A DNA stretch of 64,000 nucleotides from Octopus vulgaris (taxonomy: Eukaryota), in contig OX597839.1 in the NCBI GenBank assembly GCA_951406725.2, positions 36,022,001-36,086,000 of the forward strand. The letters are read 5' to 3'. Below the pieces are notes generated by a model that did no database searches, was not told the DNA's origin, and saw nothing but the letters and a program-made list of their open reading frames with translations. Both the position numbers and the translations under genes were made by a program. Of this stretch, positions 39,652 to 53,583 are shown piece after piece (within the stretch, counting starts at the first letter, position 1; the number at the start of each line of letters is the position of its first letter).

Positions 39652-40803
39652 ATATATATATATATAAAGAAAAAGGATTTTTGAATAAAAAGTATTTATT
39701 TATCGCTTTCGTTCCTTTCATGAATTCATGGTGAACATATTTTATAGAAAATTTATACCTTTTACATATATGTGAGTTGGTTCAAAAAAATCTAGAGTGG
39801 AATTTTTCTTGGGTTTTGGGAAGAGAATGTTTTGCAAGTGGTTGAGATGTTCTTCGATATTTCGAATATATATATGTGTGTATATTATATATATTTCGTA
39901 TTGTGCTTCGAAGCGTTGTGCAATGCCAGAATTTTGGATTCGAGTCAAATAGAACAAACTACTCCAAATCTGCGCTAGAGTATCTCCTTAGAGTTAAGAT
40001 CGACTAGTTTGTACTGGCACCAAATCGGATGAGTTATAATAAGGATGTCGAACCAAATATATATATATATAGTAGACACACTCACACACACGCACACATT
40101 TACACACGTAAGCACATACAAGTTTAATATAAATGAATTCATAACGAATGACTTTCAGCATTTTTGGACGATGTCGAATATTTGGTAAATTTTTTAGATT
40201 AACATCAGTTTTAGCCTCTGAGTAAAAACTAAGTAAAAAACATTTTATTGATAGTTATATACATAAGCATATAATCTGCTGTCGCTAACCCCACACAGTG
40301 TGTGTGTGTACGTGTGTGTGTGTGTGTGTGTGTAGAAAAATGTATGATAAACACAAGATACAGTTTACATCATTTCTTCCCTACGCATGTTTCAATATAT
40401 TTGTCCTGCCGCGGTCGATTTTGCCTTTCATCCTTTCGAGTCGCTAAAATAAGTACCAATCGAACACTCGGGTCAATGTAATTAACTTATCCCTTCACCT
40501 CTCTAAACATGCTGGCCTTGTGCCAAAATCTGAAAGCAATATATTGGTTATTTGCATTCCCTGTGGTGGATGGACCAAATGTAATTGGATTCTGAACTGC
40601 AGCAGTTTATCGTTAAATTTTGTTACAAATTCTAAGCTATGTATGTATATATGTGAGATTGCGTTTACTTAAACCTGCATTACATTAAAATAAAGATATG
40701 TGTAGCATCTATTATGTATATACAAATGTAGGACAATGCTAGCTATGGTATTTTGTTTCAGCGAAACTTCTCTGAAGAAATATGAGTGCTAAAACCGCAG
40801 TGC

Positions 40804-40896
40804 TCGCTCAGAATGATGTCAGCAGATCGTCAGACATCAGCGTTTCGACGTGATTTAGTCTCCTCAGAGATGAACTTCAGCGAATATTCTGAGCGA
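40804..40896 (-). ncRNA. Decayed type I HHR-like motif within an 11-bp inverted repeat
   Basis: Minus CAUCU-CUGAGGA-GAC-(8 nt)-GUC-GAAAC-GCU-GAUG; outer tcgctcagaat/attctgagcga. Confidence 0.5.
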
Positions 40897-41285
40897 AATC
40901 GAAACTTTCGTTAATATATAAAACGTACATATACATCGACTCTTGCACATGGCGTCCAAAATATTGAATTTCATTTGTATTTGAGTAAGGTTTGTGATAG
41001 TAGGTGCATTGCTGGTGATGACTGTGATAGGGTTGTTATTGTTGTTATTAGTGATGGTGGTAATAAGATTGTAGTGGTGTCGTGGCAGTCGTTGTGATAA
41101 TGGCGGTACTGACGGTTGCTAAAAAGCCAAGAAGGAAATACAAAAAGAAAAGTAACAAAACTGATGGAATTTTAAAGACGAGGAAGGAGTGAGATTACAA
41201 CTGCCTTATAAGACGTTTAATTGATGGAACAACTTCAAAATACTGAATTTTGGTAGTGTTAGTTGTAATATTGTTTTCAAAGTAT

Positions 41286-41830
41286 GCGTAGGAATGGCTG
41301 TGTGGTAAGTAGCTTGCTTACGAACCACATGGTTCCGGATTCAGTCATACTGCGTGGCACCTTGGGCAAAGTGTCTTCTACTATAGCTTCGGGCCGACCA
41401 AAGCCTTGTGAATGGATTTGGTAGACGGAAACTGAAAGAAGCCATGATAGATCGTTAGCTCCTACACGCATTTTTTTCTCTCCTTGTTTTTTTCTGTGTA
41501 TCTTTCTGTCGAAAAGCATAGGCTTGAAACGTAAAAGACTTGTTCTATTTCTATACCTGAACGCCATACTAATACATTTGTTTGTTTGTACTCCACCTGC
41601 CTTCGTCTTTTGTTTATTTTCGTAAACCTTTCCGTAATATATGTGTGTGTGTATATGTTTGTCCCCCTCAACATCGCTTGACAACCGATGCTGGTGTGCT
41701 TACGTCCCCGTAACTTAGCGGTTCGGCAAAAGAGACCAATAGAATAAGTACTAGGCTTACAAAGAATAAGTCCTGGGGTCAATTTGCTCGACTAAAGGCG
41801 GTGCTCCAGCATGGCCACAGTCAAATGAGT
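41286..41830 (+). mobile_element. SINE family A interrupted by family D copy 5
   Basis: A head to gaaagaagcc (41442); resumes at about 41637 with atatgtgtg...cagtcaaatga. Confidence 0.88.
41440..41636 (+). mobile_element. Family D mini-element, copy 5 (HHR 41501-41538)
   Basis: UCUUU-CUGUCGA-A-AAGC-AUAG-GCUU-GAAAC-GUA-AAAGA; the first stem II pair is A-U instead of G-C. Confidence 0.8.
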
Positions 41831-41834
41831 AAAG

Positions 41835-42342
41835 CTTTGCACAAAGCCAACAATTTCGGGGGATGGGAATAAGACGATTACATCGATCTAAGTGCTTAAG
41901 TGGTACTAATTTTATCGACCCCGAACAGATGAAAAGCAATGTCGACCTCGGCAGAAATTGAACTCAGAACGTTAAGACCGACAAAATGCCGCTAGCCATT
42001 TCCCCCGACGGGCTAACGATTCTTATTTCTTTATTGCCCACAAGGGGCTGGCTAAACATAGAGGGGACAAACAAGGACATACACACGGATTTAGTCAATT
42101 ACATCGACCCCAGTGCGTAACTGGTACTTAATTTATCCACCCCGAAAGGTTGTCAAGCTGTACTGTACTGTGGAACAAACACAAAGATACAACACACACA
42201 CACACACACACGCATATACGACGGGCTTCTTTCATATATAGGATGAAAGGCAAAGTCGACCTAGGCGGAATTTGAACTCAGAACGTAACGGCAGACGAAA
42301 TACGGCTACGCATTTCGCCCGGCGTGCTAACGTTTCCGCCGG
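41835..42342 (-). mobile_element. Two SINE family B copies (B2 41835-42021; B1 42022-42342 with a 90-bp foreign insert)
   Basis: Reverse-complement matches to 3648-3874. Confidence 0.85.
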
Positions 42343-42877
42343 TTGTAATATTGAAACTAGTACGAGTAGAAGTGTAGGTGGTAGTGTATTGGTAACAGCA
42401 TAGGTGGTAGTGCCTATAGTAGTGTTGATGACGGTGTAGGTAACAGTGGCGTTAGTAGTACTGGTGATAGAATTGGAGGTAGTAATGACAGAAGCATTGG
42501 GAGTAGTGCTGGCGTAAGAATTATTAATAGTTTTGGTGGTAGTGTTGGTGGCAGTGTTGATTATAGCTTTGGTGGTAGTGTTTGAGGCAGTATTGTTCCC
42601 TAGTGGTGTTTTAACGTTGGTCGTAGTAGTATTGGCGGTATAGATTTAGTGGTGGAAAATTACATTGACGGTCGTATTGCAGTTGTGGGTGTTGTTTTTA
42701 TTGTTGCTGTCGTTGTCGGCGGTGGTGGTCGTGGCGGTGATGGTTGCGGTGGTGTTGTTTACTGAACAATGATTCATGTTTCAGTTACGTGACTTGACTT
42801 GCCGAGGTGAACACCTGGGTGTCGTGGTGTGAAGCGGTGTACTACACACACTCACAATATACATATATGTGTGTGTT

Positions 42878-42928
<51 letters not shown>

Positions 42929-45283
42929 GCAAACACACACATATATATATATATATATGAATAATTATATGTATGTATACTCAAGAATACACCTGGGTGC
43001 CAACGCCTCACACACTCGTCCCATTTGCCCTTTCGCTTCCATCTACTTCTTTTCCTCCCTCCGATACAGTTATTTCATTTATTTATGCTGGCGCCTTTTT
43101 TCTCGTGTTTTTTGTTTTCTCTCTCTCCTACATCTTCCTCCCTCATTAACTATTCACATTCCTTTTTGTTTGCTTTTCTTTTCGATTTTATTTTAATATT
43201 CTTTTTTATCTCTTTTCTCTAACAAACACACTTAACTCCACTCCTCCTTTCTGTCTGTCTGTCTATTTCTTTCTTTCTCTCTCTCTCTCTCTGCTTCACT
43301 CTTTCTCTCTATTTATTCAACGCCAACACTTTCGTTCTCACGCTTTTTGTTTTTACTTTCCAGCCCTCTCCACTTCTTCTCCTCCTCTTCCTCCTCTTAC
43401 ACTCTCTGCCCTGCTCGGTTTTACCAACTTGGGCAATGAATCGGCACCATAAACAACACACTACTAACTTACACTCCTAACTTCTGCTATCTCTCTCTCT
43501 CTTTTATCTTCTTTATTCTTCTCTCCTTCTCCTTCCCTTTCTCTGTTCCGTCTATAGTAGTTACTCCATTATAACGAAACAGTGTACCACTTAAGTTGTT
43601 AGCTATCTCACCCGTCTTCACTTAGCTTTATTTATGTATTATATCCTGCTTCCTTTATCACTCTCCACCATCACCACCAATATCATATGTATGTAAATCT
43701 ACTCCGTCTACTTGATATTCTCGTTGGCAACCTTCAACAATCTGCTGCGCAGCAGCCATCTTGCTTGCCTTTCAGTAAAAATCCTGCTAAGTGAGAACGA
43801 ACCGGTTGCCTACCGCCTAAAACACATTTTCTACTACTCGCAGCTTTGTCTAAAACAACCTAAACGAAACCAGATAATAATAGTCGACAGACGAAATAAC
43901 AATGTGTGAGTGTGTGTGTGTGTCTGTATGTGTATGTGTTCCCAAGAAAGGAATGAGTCGGAAAGAAAGAATGAGAAAAAAAATTAGATATTACAAAATA
44001 ATGAAGGTGTTTTAAGTATTTGTGCGTTTGCAACGGATATATACGTGTATATATGTATATGTGTGTGTGTATGAATAATGTAAAATTTGTAACAGCCTTG
44101 GTTTGGTTTTAAATTCTATATTTAATATATGATAACGATTCCGGGAAAGGGAACACACACACAAAGAAAATATGGAATGCCTGGGAGAAATTAAGTGGGC
44201 ACACTTGGCTTTATTTTCTACTGGATAACCAATCTCGGTGAAAACGTATCTCGTATATTACCCCCCTTCTCTCTTTCTCTCTCTCCCCCCCTTCTTTCTC
44301 GCTCTCTCTCTCTTTCTGTCTTGCTTCTCTCTTTGTTTCTTTTATGTACTTCCATAAGCTATTCAGCTACACTTTTAAAATGATGACAAATTGCTGTTGT
44401 TACCACTGACTGTTCGGGTCAAAATTGCTAACGAAAATTCGGATTTCAGTCGCAAAATCACAAAAAGAAAAAAGCCCAAAACATAAAAAAATATTTTGTA
44501 TATATATATATGTATATATATTTTATATATATATATATGTATATATATATAAAAGCATACTCTTTTGTTCAAACCTACAAAAAATGGAATTTATTAAAAA
44601 AAGAAAGAATTTGAAATATATTTATATATCACTGATGTCGTTGGATTAAATTATTTTTTGTTTTTCTCTTCTGTATAAAATAATAATAGATTTTTATTAT
44701 CACCCGAGTCCCCGTTCCAGATTATTTTGTTGGAAGTTGTTTTTCACAAAATTTTCCAACATGGCGCCTGCCTCTCCCATACACCCAACCCTCCTCCTCT
44801 TCCCCCCTTCACGGTCGATTCTAACTAAAATCTCTTACAAATGTCGGATATGATGTATTGACTATAATGAGAACGAAACGACTCTGGTGAGATATCATGG
44901 ACCATACATATATTTAGTACCGCCACGTTTTCTATTCCAAGGAGCAAAAAAAAAATATCTTTTGACAACTACCACTCCAACAATTTGGTGCTTACAAATA
45001 CGCTACAACAAACGGAATATTATCATCATTACCATTATTATTATTATCATCATTATTATTATTATTATTTTCTACCCTGTTATCTGTTCATACAACGTAG
45101 GTGATGAAATGGTGGTAAATTTTGCATTTTATTAAATATATATACTTTTTTTCTCATTACATATTAATTTTCTTTTTCTTAATTTCAACTGTTTCGTCTC
45201 TAAAAATATTCCATATATATAATATATATATATTTCATATATACATCATATGTATATGTAGACATAATTACATTGTGTATATT

Positions 45284-45318
<35 letters not shown>

Positions 45319-46257
45319 TTATACATATATACACATTTACATATATATATACATTTACATATATATTTATATATATACATATATATACACATTGTATGTA
45401 TATGTATACATATATATACATATATGTATGCTTTATATATATATATATATACTAGATATATATGATATGTCTAGATTATATACGCATATATGTATTATAT
45501 ATAACATACATATATTCTATATATACATTTTTTCATTTTTCAAATTTTTTTTTTTAAATATCAAATATTTTATTTCTTTAATTGTTAAAACAAATCTTGG
45601 AGTAGTTTTGCCAATTTCTCATCTATGTTACATTTCTAAAATATAGATTAATTTAATATTGGCCTCCTCCATTCTGCAGCTGCTTTCAAAGATAGGCTGT
45701 TTTAGTGATGTATTTTGGAGTAAATTCTCACGAAATATTCCTCATTACCTAATCCTATGTGCAATCAATTCCTCCCAATTGAAATATTTTATTTTAGCAA
45801 TATCACTGTTTGAAAAGAGATAAGAGTTAGAAGTCAGTCAAATTTTTTCTGCGTTGAAGCCATTTTATCTTCCCATTAATGCTAATGTGAAAAAGACAAG
45901 GATCACAGCATGGAAATTTCAAAAGCTTTATTTATTACTTACTGACTAAGGGAGAAATGGCCCCACCCACAAAAAAAAAAAAGATATCAAATTTCTTTAA
46001 AAGGTTAAAAATAAATAGAAAATGTTAAATAATATCTGTCTTTTTATAAAAAAAAAATGTCACTTCGATAAACGACTTGTCATCCCCTGTGTCTATAATG
46101 GTTAGAAACTAACAACCTAACACCCCCTATATTGCCTAGCTTGCAATATATTAGTATGTTCCATTCTGAACATGAGATTATCTCACGAACACACACTCAC
46201 GCATATACATGGGTAACTACACGTGCGTGTATGTATGTATACATTATATATATACGT

Positions 46258-46595
46258 CTTTTCTCTTTTACTCGTTTCAATCATCAGACTGCGTTCATGC
46301 TAGGGTTTAGTTTTATGTAGAACATCCCTAGTTCTTAGTTGTTTTTTTTTTTATTTGGTAGCTATTCTATCGGTATCTTTTAACAAACTGCTAAGTGACA
46401 GGGGCGTAAACAAACCAACGCTGGCTCTCAAGCGGTAAGATGGGACAAACACGAGGACATACACATACTTCTACACGACTAAGGCCATTGGGGTCAGCCC
46501 TGGGCAATAGAGTCCAAGGTACCGCACAGTGGGACTGAACCCGAAACTGCATGGCTGCAATGCGAATTTCTTAACCACATAGCCAAGTCTGCGTG
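46258..46595 (-). mobile_element. SINE family A, diverged
   Basis: ctctttactcgtttcaatcat...ccaaggtaccgcacagtgggactgaacccg. Confidence 0.75.
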
Positions 46596-46607
46596 TAATA
46601 TATATAT

Positions 46608-47092
46608 AGTGCGCACATATATATTTTGTTTGCTCATAACTTTATGAAATTTGCATATTTTTAAGAAATATTTTGCAGGGATATGTTTTCAAGGGTATAA
46701 ATTACAACTGTGTTCATAACAGAAAAAAAATGTTTTTTTGTAAAGGGTTTCGAATCCTTCTTCCCCTACCTAGTCCCAGCATTTTTTTTTTTTTATCTAC
46801 TACCAATAACCATGAATTTGGCAGTTTACACTTTTGAGAATGTTTCCAGATTTTTTCATCTGGGATATCAACATCACACACTCAGAAAATTATTTTAAAA
46901 TATGCATTTCCAAGACAATTTATGAAGAAATAAAGTGGTGAAGGAGGGGGGAGAAAATTATCGGAAATATTTTTTTTTTAATATCAATATCGTCGTAATT
47001 TACCCCCTCGAAAATGTATCTGTTCGAAATTTTAATTTCAAAAATATGTACTTTTCAGAATGGTATAAAAAATCTAATTAATTATGCTCACG
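46608..47092. mobile_element. MITE with long imperfect inverted arms
   Basis: gggatatgttttcaagggtataaattac vs gtaatttaccccctcgaaaatgtatc, plus further imperfect pairing of both halves. Confidence 0.5.
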
Positions 47093-47189
47093 CATGCGTA
47101 TGCATACACTGTAGGTGTGTGCGTAGATAAATAGATATACACACCTACATTTAACTATATAAGTATATAAAAATTATATATGTGTGTGT

Positions 47190-47425
47190 GTGTGTCTTTG
47201 TTTCTATTTGTATCACACCACCGCTTGGCAACCGGTTCCGGCGTGTTTACGTCCCTGCCTGCAACTTAGCGGTTCGGCAGACGTTAACCCGTAGAATAAG
47301 TACCAGGTTGTAAAAACTGGATAACTGGGGGTCGATTCATTCGATTAAAAAAATTCAAGGCGGTTCCCCCCCCCCCCCAGCATGTTCGCACTCAATAAGT
47401 GAAACAAGTTAAAGATACAAGATAG
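47190..47425 (+). mobile_element. SINE family A, 3' half
   Basis: gtgtttacgtccc...ttagcggttcggc...tagaataagtaccagg...ggggtcgatt. Confidence 0.75.
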
Positions 47426-49279
47426 ACCCACACACACACACACACATTCAGTATTGAACTTCGGAGCAAAGGCCGACTGCTGCCTCACACTCAAGTCTTA
47501 GATAAATCCTGTGTCAATGTGTGTGTGTGAATAGTCTTGTCTCAATGTGTGTGTGTGTGTGTGTGTGTGTGAATAGTCTTGTCTCAATGTGTGTGTGTGA
47601 ATAGTCTTGTCTGAATGTGTGTGTTGTAGGCTATTTTTAATGCAGTCCACCTCTTGTTTCCTTGGTTACATTTCCTGCTTATTGACGTCCTATTAGCTTA
47701 AGTATTAATCTGTAGACTTGGACTGATAATTGCTTAGTAACCAAGGTGAACATATCCATGTGTCAGCTACTAATTCCCTTCATTATGAACCTGCCTTATT
47801 ATACCCTTTGGGGAGTGAATATGTGTGTGTGTGTACGTATAATATATTTGTATATATATATATGTTTTTGTGTGTATAAATATACATATATAGAGATCTC
47901 TAATAATGTAGTTAGATTTGTGTATATATATATATACACACATTATGTGTATATATAGAGAGAGAGAATGAGTGAGTGAGACAATATGGATAGACAGCTG
48001 CATATGTATATATATAATATGTATATACATAATATATACATATTTAATATATAATATATATATATATATTTTATATATATATATATATATAGATTAGAAA
48101 GTTTCAGCGGAAGTTAGCCCAGGCCATGTCTAATTCAATAATACCACCTGGAAGATATAAATATGCTTGTGTGTATATATATATGTATATACATATATAT
48201 ATATATGCATACATACATACACACTCCCCAAATATATTGTCCATATGTTCTCTAGTAATAGGACTATAGGGTTCGCATGGCCACATTCGTATATAAAGGT
48301 TTTAGAGGTCTTTTATCTAACATACGTAGAACACTTAACCCTTTATATCGCATTGGATACATCCCTCTCTAAAACACCTACCATTACATTATTGTATACC
48401 CTATATTCCTATGTTTAGATCCTGTTAACCCATTTATAAATATTTCATTTACATTGCCCATATTATCCCATACGCTACTACACTTTTGATGCAATATGAC
48501 TGAGATTTTAACTTTTGTTAGCCTTGTTAGCCTACATACAATTTCTATGGTGCTTGGGATAACAGTGATAATAGTATAATGTGCTCCAACTATCTGAAGA
48601 GAACCCTCTGTTGTCCCATATATGTTGCTTACCACATACCCTATATGCTTATGTATGTTAACCCATATAATATATTCTATATGCTTATGTATTTTAGCCC
48701 ATATTAACCCGTATATATACCTTGTTTACCTATAGGTATGTTACCCCGTATATACCCTGTGTACCTACATGTATGTTAGTTCATGTTAGCCCCTATATAT
48801 TCGAAGGCTATCATTCATGTGTCTACGTTTGCTTGTATAGACGGGTAAGTCATCTGTTATCCCACTTAGACGTCCCTCTTGTTGTCCCATCTCTTGAATA
48901 CTTACAAAGCCATCTGTGTATCATAGTTGAAGCAAATTACATCACGAAAGCGCAAACTAAACCGACGTTTTCGCCCAGAGATGCTATATCTCTCTTATGA
49001 ACGTACTGCGTTTAAAAATACTCAGATACGCCTGCGTTTCTTTAACCATTGCTTACTTACTTCACCTTGCTGTATGTAGGTAACGTGAAGCACAACTTCA
49101 GTGCAATGCAACCTGTTGTCTGCCCTGTTAATGAATCTCTGACTGAACTTTCTGTCTTTATCAAAGACAGTTAACCCGTTTGTCTGTCTTATGTATCACA
49201 TGTGATGGTAAACGGGACATTATCTGTTGTCCAGGAACCATATAAGATGCACATTCCTAGTTTCATCTTCAGCCAACAG

Positions 49280-49630
49280 GTGCAGGCAGGGCTGTGCGGT
49301 AAGAAGTTTGCTTCCCGATCACGTGGTTCCGAGTTCAGTCCCACGCGGCACCTTGAAGAAGTGTCTGACCAAAGACTTGAGTAGATTTGGCAGACGGGAA
49401 CTGATGAAGTCCATCGTATATGTGTGTGTTTGCCCTCCCACCCATAGCGCTTGATACCGGTGCTGCTATGTTTATGCTCTCGTAATTTAGCGGTTCCATA
49501 AAACATAGGACAGACTAAGTACCAGGCTTTAAAAAATTGAGTATTGGGGGTGGGTCGATTCGTTAAAATTCTTCAAAGTAGTGTCCCAGCATGGCCGCAG
49601 TCTAATGACTAAAACGAGTAAAAGATACAA
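49280..49630 (+). mobile_element. SINE family A, diverged
   Basis: ggctgtgcggtaagaagtttgct...cccagcatggccgcagtctaatgact. Confidence 0.75.
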
Positions 49631-49991
49631 AAGAAAATAGAGTACCTTTGGACTTAGGAAAGGAAAGCTTTATGTGACTCAAAACGTATGAAACAAGATG
49701 TAACAAGAAGCCTAAAGTCTGAAAACACAGTATGGCCGTGTAAGAGAAACTTATGAAAATGATTTGAATTGGCAAAGAGTTAAAAGGAAAAAAACGAAAA
49801 GAAGGATTTACTCTGTCGCAGGTGAATTCATTCAATGTAACCAACCGATAATTTTAATCATGTTTGGATGAGATGGAGAAGAATTTTGATATGGTTGTGA
49901 CAAGAGAAAGGACGATCGTCTGTATTTAGCAGGAACAAGAAAATGGAGGATGTGGAGTGTTCATACCTCTCCTGGGTGTGTTTATATTTCA

Positions 49992-50265
49992 CTTTTTACT
50001 TGTTTCACTCATTGGACCGTTGTCATACTGGAGCACTGCCTTGAAGGTTTCGGTCAAATAAATGAACCCCAATTGTTAAGCAATGTGGGGAGTGACAAAC
50101 ACACACACACACACATACATACGATGGGCTTCTTAGAGTTTCCGGCTACCAAATTCACTAACAAGGAGTTGGCTGGCCCGGGGCTATATTAGAAGATATT
50201 TGGCCAAGATGCCGTGCAGCGGGACTGAACCCGAAACCACATGGTCGCAAAGCCACACAACCAAC
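49992..50265 (-). mobile_element. SINE family A, diverged and internally deleted
   Basis: ttttacttgtttcactcatt...gggactgaacccgaaaccacatgg. Confidence 0.7.
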
Positions 50266-50834
50266 TACTCATGCGCATAAATTCGGCAAAAAAATTTCAA
50301 GCAATGATCAAGACTTGTTGCTGTCTCAACGTTATCTGCGATCGATTAAAGTGAAACGTCAATGGGTCAAAAGACCCATTGGTACCTAGTTGTTTGATAA
50401 ACCCGGATTAGCAATTTCTAAGATGTCAAACTTCTTTCGAGATCAAGCTGCCAACGAGCGACGTTTCTATGCTGTCGTTTCGATTTCCTAGAAATAGCAA
50501 CCAAATCCTCCTCATGTTACATCAGACCCTACTATCTTAATAATAATAATAATAATAATAATAAAATGGGGAAATATATCGATTGCTGTTGTACATTATG
50601 AAATGTAGATAGAAACTTCGAGAAAGTATGAGATACCGTTGCATTCATTAAAACATTCACTATTTTCTGTTTTCGGTTTTTAAGCAAAATCTCAACATCC
50701 AAGGAGAAGGATAAGTCTCATTCTTATTTTAATTTATTTTATTTTCAGTTTTGAATTTTATGTTAGTGGTAGTAATGAGGGTACTGTTTGTGGTAGTGTT
50801 GGAGGCGGTTGAAGAAAGCATTTGCGATCTTGGA

Positions 50835-51145
50835 CATGATTGTATGCTTAAGAAGGTCACTTGGAGACCAGATGGTTCCAGTGTAGCAGCACCTCGGGCA
50901 TGCGTCTTCTGCAATAGCCCCAGAGCCGACCAAAGCCTTCTGATTGAATTTGGTAGACAGAAACTGCGTGGACCCCTATCGGATATACATGTTTGTGTTT
51001 CTGTGTTTGTCTCCCCAACTGTTTGTTTACGTTGGTTTGTTTACATCCTCGTTGTAACTTTGCGATTCGGCAAAAAGAGAGCGTCAGAATAAGTGTCAGA
51101 CTTAAGAAGAATAAGCACTATAGTCGATTTTGTTTTCGACTATCC
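50835..51145 (+). mobile_element. SINE family A, diverged
   Basis: gccgaccaaagccttctgattgaatttggtagacagaaactg...cggcaaaaagagagc. Confidence 0.7.
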
Positions 51146-53127
51146 CTTCACACAAGCATATATCCTATTCAGAGTAAAAAATAAAAAAAACTAAAGAAAG
51201 AACAAACCGAAGTCTGCCTAAAATCGAAACCCGGACTCAAAGTTTAGTTTCTAAAAGTAAATAATTTTCTTTTATCTGAGAGGATTTATTTCAGTCAAAC
51301 GGGAGACAATGCACTGGAAGAATCGTTATAACATGGGGAGCGGGGATTGTTTTTCAGTATTTGTTCCAGCTCTTTAGGTTCTGAGTTCATATCCAACCGC
51401 CGTTGGTGGTTCTAAAACCTGACCAGCTCTAACCTTCATTGTCTGTATTGTTCAATAACCGCAGATCAACTGCTCTCATTCGAGTTACTACCCCACCACG
51501 TATTTTTAAAGGTCAAAGATCTATTGGGGTGGCGAAAAACTCTTTGTTTCCTTCTCACCTCAAACGGATATTTTGCACATCTCATTAGCATAAGGAGTTT
51601 TTATTTACTAATGGCATTGATAATCTCAGTCGATCAGTTTTTCAACTCTCTGCAATACCAACGTGTTCTCCCTCCCCCACAGCCTCCGATCAAGAGAAAT
51701 TGTGGAAAGCGGAAGGAGATTGCTTTCGGGTCACCACATGAAAAGGTGATGGTTCCACTTCTCCTTCCATCAGAAATTCACGAACCATTCTTGGGTCACC
51801 AGGCCACACCTTGAATCTCCAAGCTTATTTTCGGATCCCTGAGCCTCTCCTTAGACCTCCGGATCTTCCTTGAATCTCCGAACCCTCCATGGATCTCCGG
51901 GACACTTCCTTTGAATTTCTGGAAACTTCCTGAGATCTCCGAACCATTTTTTAAAGCTATCCAGGCAACCGGACATTTAAGTACCTGAGCCCCACCCTCA
52001 TAAGCTGTGCAAAACCCTACCATATTTAGTATTTGATATTTCCCACCAGGTATTTTCCTGCGACCATATTGCTGACATTTACATTTATATCACCAGTTAT
52101 ATCTTCCGCTGTATTTATTATTGTTATTTAGTTCCAGATCAGTAGATAGTCTTTGATCAAAGGTTTTCCAGTCAGGAATAACAACCATTTCTTTTAATCG
52201 AACAATATCAAAGAATATCTTATCCAATCTGTTATCTTTTTAAAGACAACAGTGTATCATTCGAGATAGATTCAGCAGCTATTTCTCGCGATTCGAATGA
52301 GCACATAGACCTAAACAGGGGTCGTCGTTAACTCATCAAGATATGAAAGGTTTGAGGCTGGAGTTAAATAGTTAGACACCGTCAAATTGTATCTTCATAA
52401 ACTGACACGAAACTTAGATGAATGTTAAATAGTGCTGAAGGTGCACAAGCTAAAGGAGGAAATGGGAAGGAATGTAACGTAAAATCAGGTGACTAAATTT
52501 GGGACAAAGATCAACTCCATTTACGGGCCTCCATCTTTCATCTACATACATAGAATTTTTTTTCAAGATACCGTTTCACAATACAGTACTGCGATTGAGT
52601 GCAGAAGCCAAGATCAACCTTACTGCTCTCTATCTTTCTTCTACAAATATAGAATGCAAACGATGCCGCTTCAACAATACTGTGGCGAACAACGATTGAG
52701 AGCAGAAGTTATTATTTAATCGCGAAGGTGACATTAAAAGAACTATGCAGAAATAAATAAACGCTGTGTATTTATTGTATTTCACACGCAATATCCATCC
52801 ATGCAGTAATATGTAACAGCAGGATTATATATCCACATTCTAGAAATATTTGTCTGGAGAATGAGGCGGAAAAAAACCGAAAAAGATAGATTGAGAATAA
52901 CAGCCTCTGTTATGGCGACCACTGCCATGAATTATGATGGTGATGATGATGATAAGGAGGTGGAGGAGAACGAGGACTAAGATATGTTGGTGATGTGGAG
53001 TGAGAGGAGAGCGGAGGGAAAGAAGAAGCAGATGAGATAATAGAGAATGTTTTAAAGGGAGGAAGCTCGAGAGTGTTGTGTATTAAACACATATACGCAC
53101 ACACACATACATACAGTGATGTGCATA

Positions 53128-53168
<41 letters not shown>

Positions 53169-53342
53169 CCCCACGAATACATATACGCACATTTGAACGT
53201 TTTATATAGAGATAGATATGTTATATATACAATATGTATGTATATATGAGTATGTATATATACATTACGTGTCTGTATATGCGTTGTGTGTGTGTGTGTG
53301 AATGTATTATATGTATATATATACATACATACATATATATAT

Positions 53343-53402
<60 letters not shown>

Positions 53403-53583
53403 GCATTCAAGTACACACGCGCACTCACGCATTTCCACACAGACGCATCTCCACGTTACAGAAGTGTACCCGTTCTGATTCCCGTATTGTAATGCGTACA
53501 TATCTTCGAAGGATTCTCGTTACGTGATTACAGATTACGACAATACTTTCAAAAAACGCAACAGAGGAAGATCCCTATGAATA

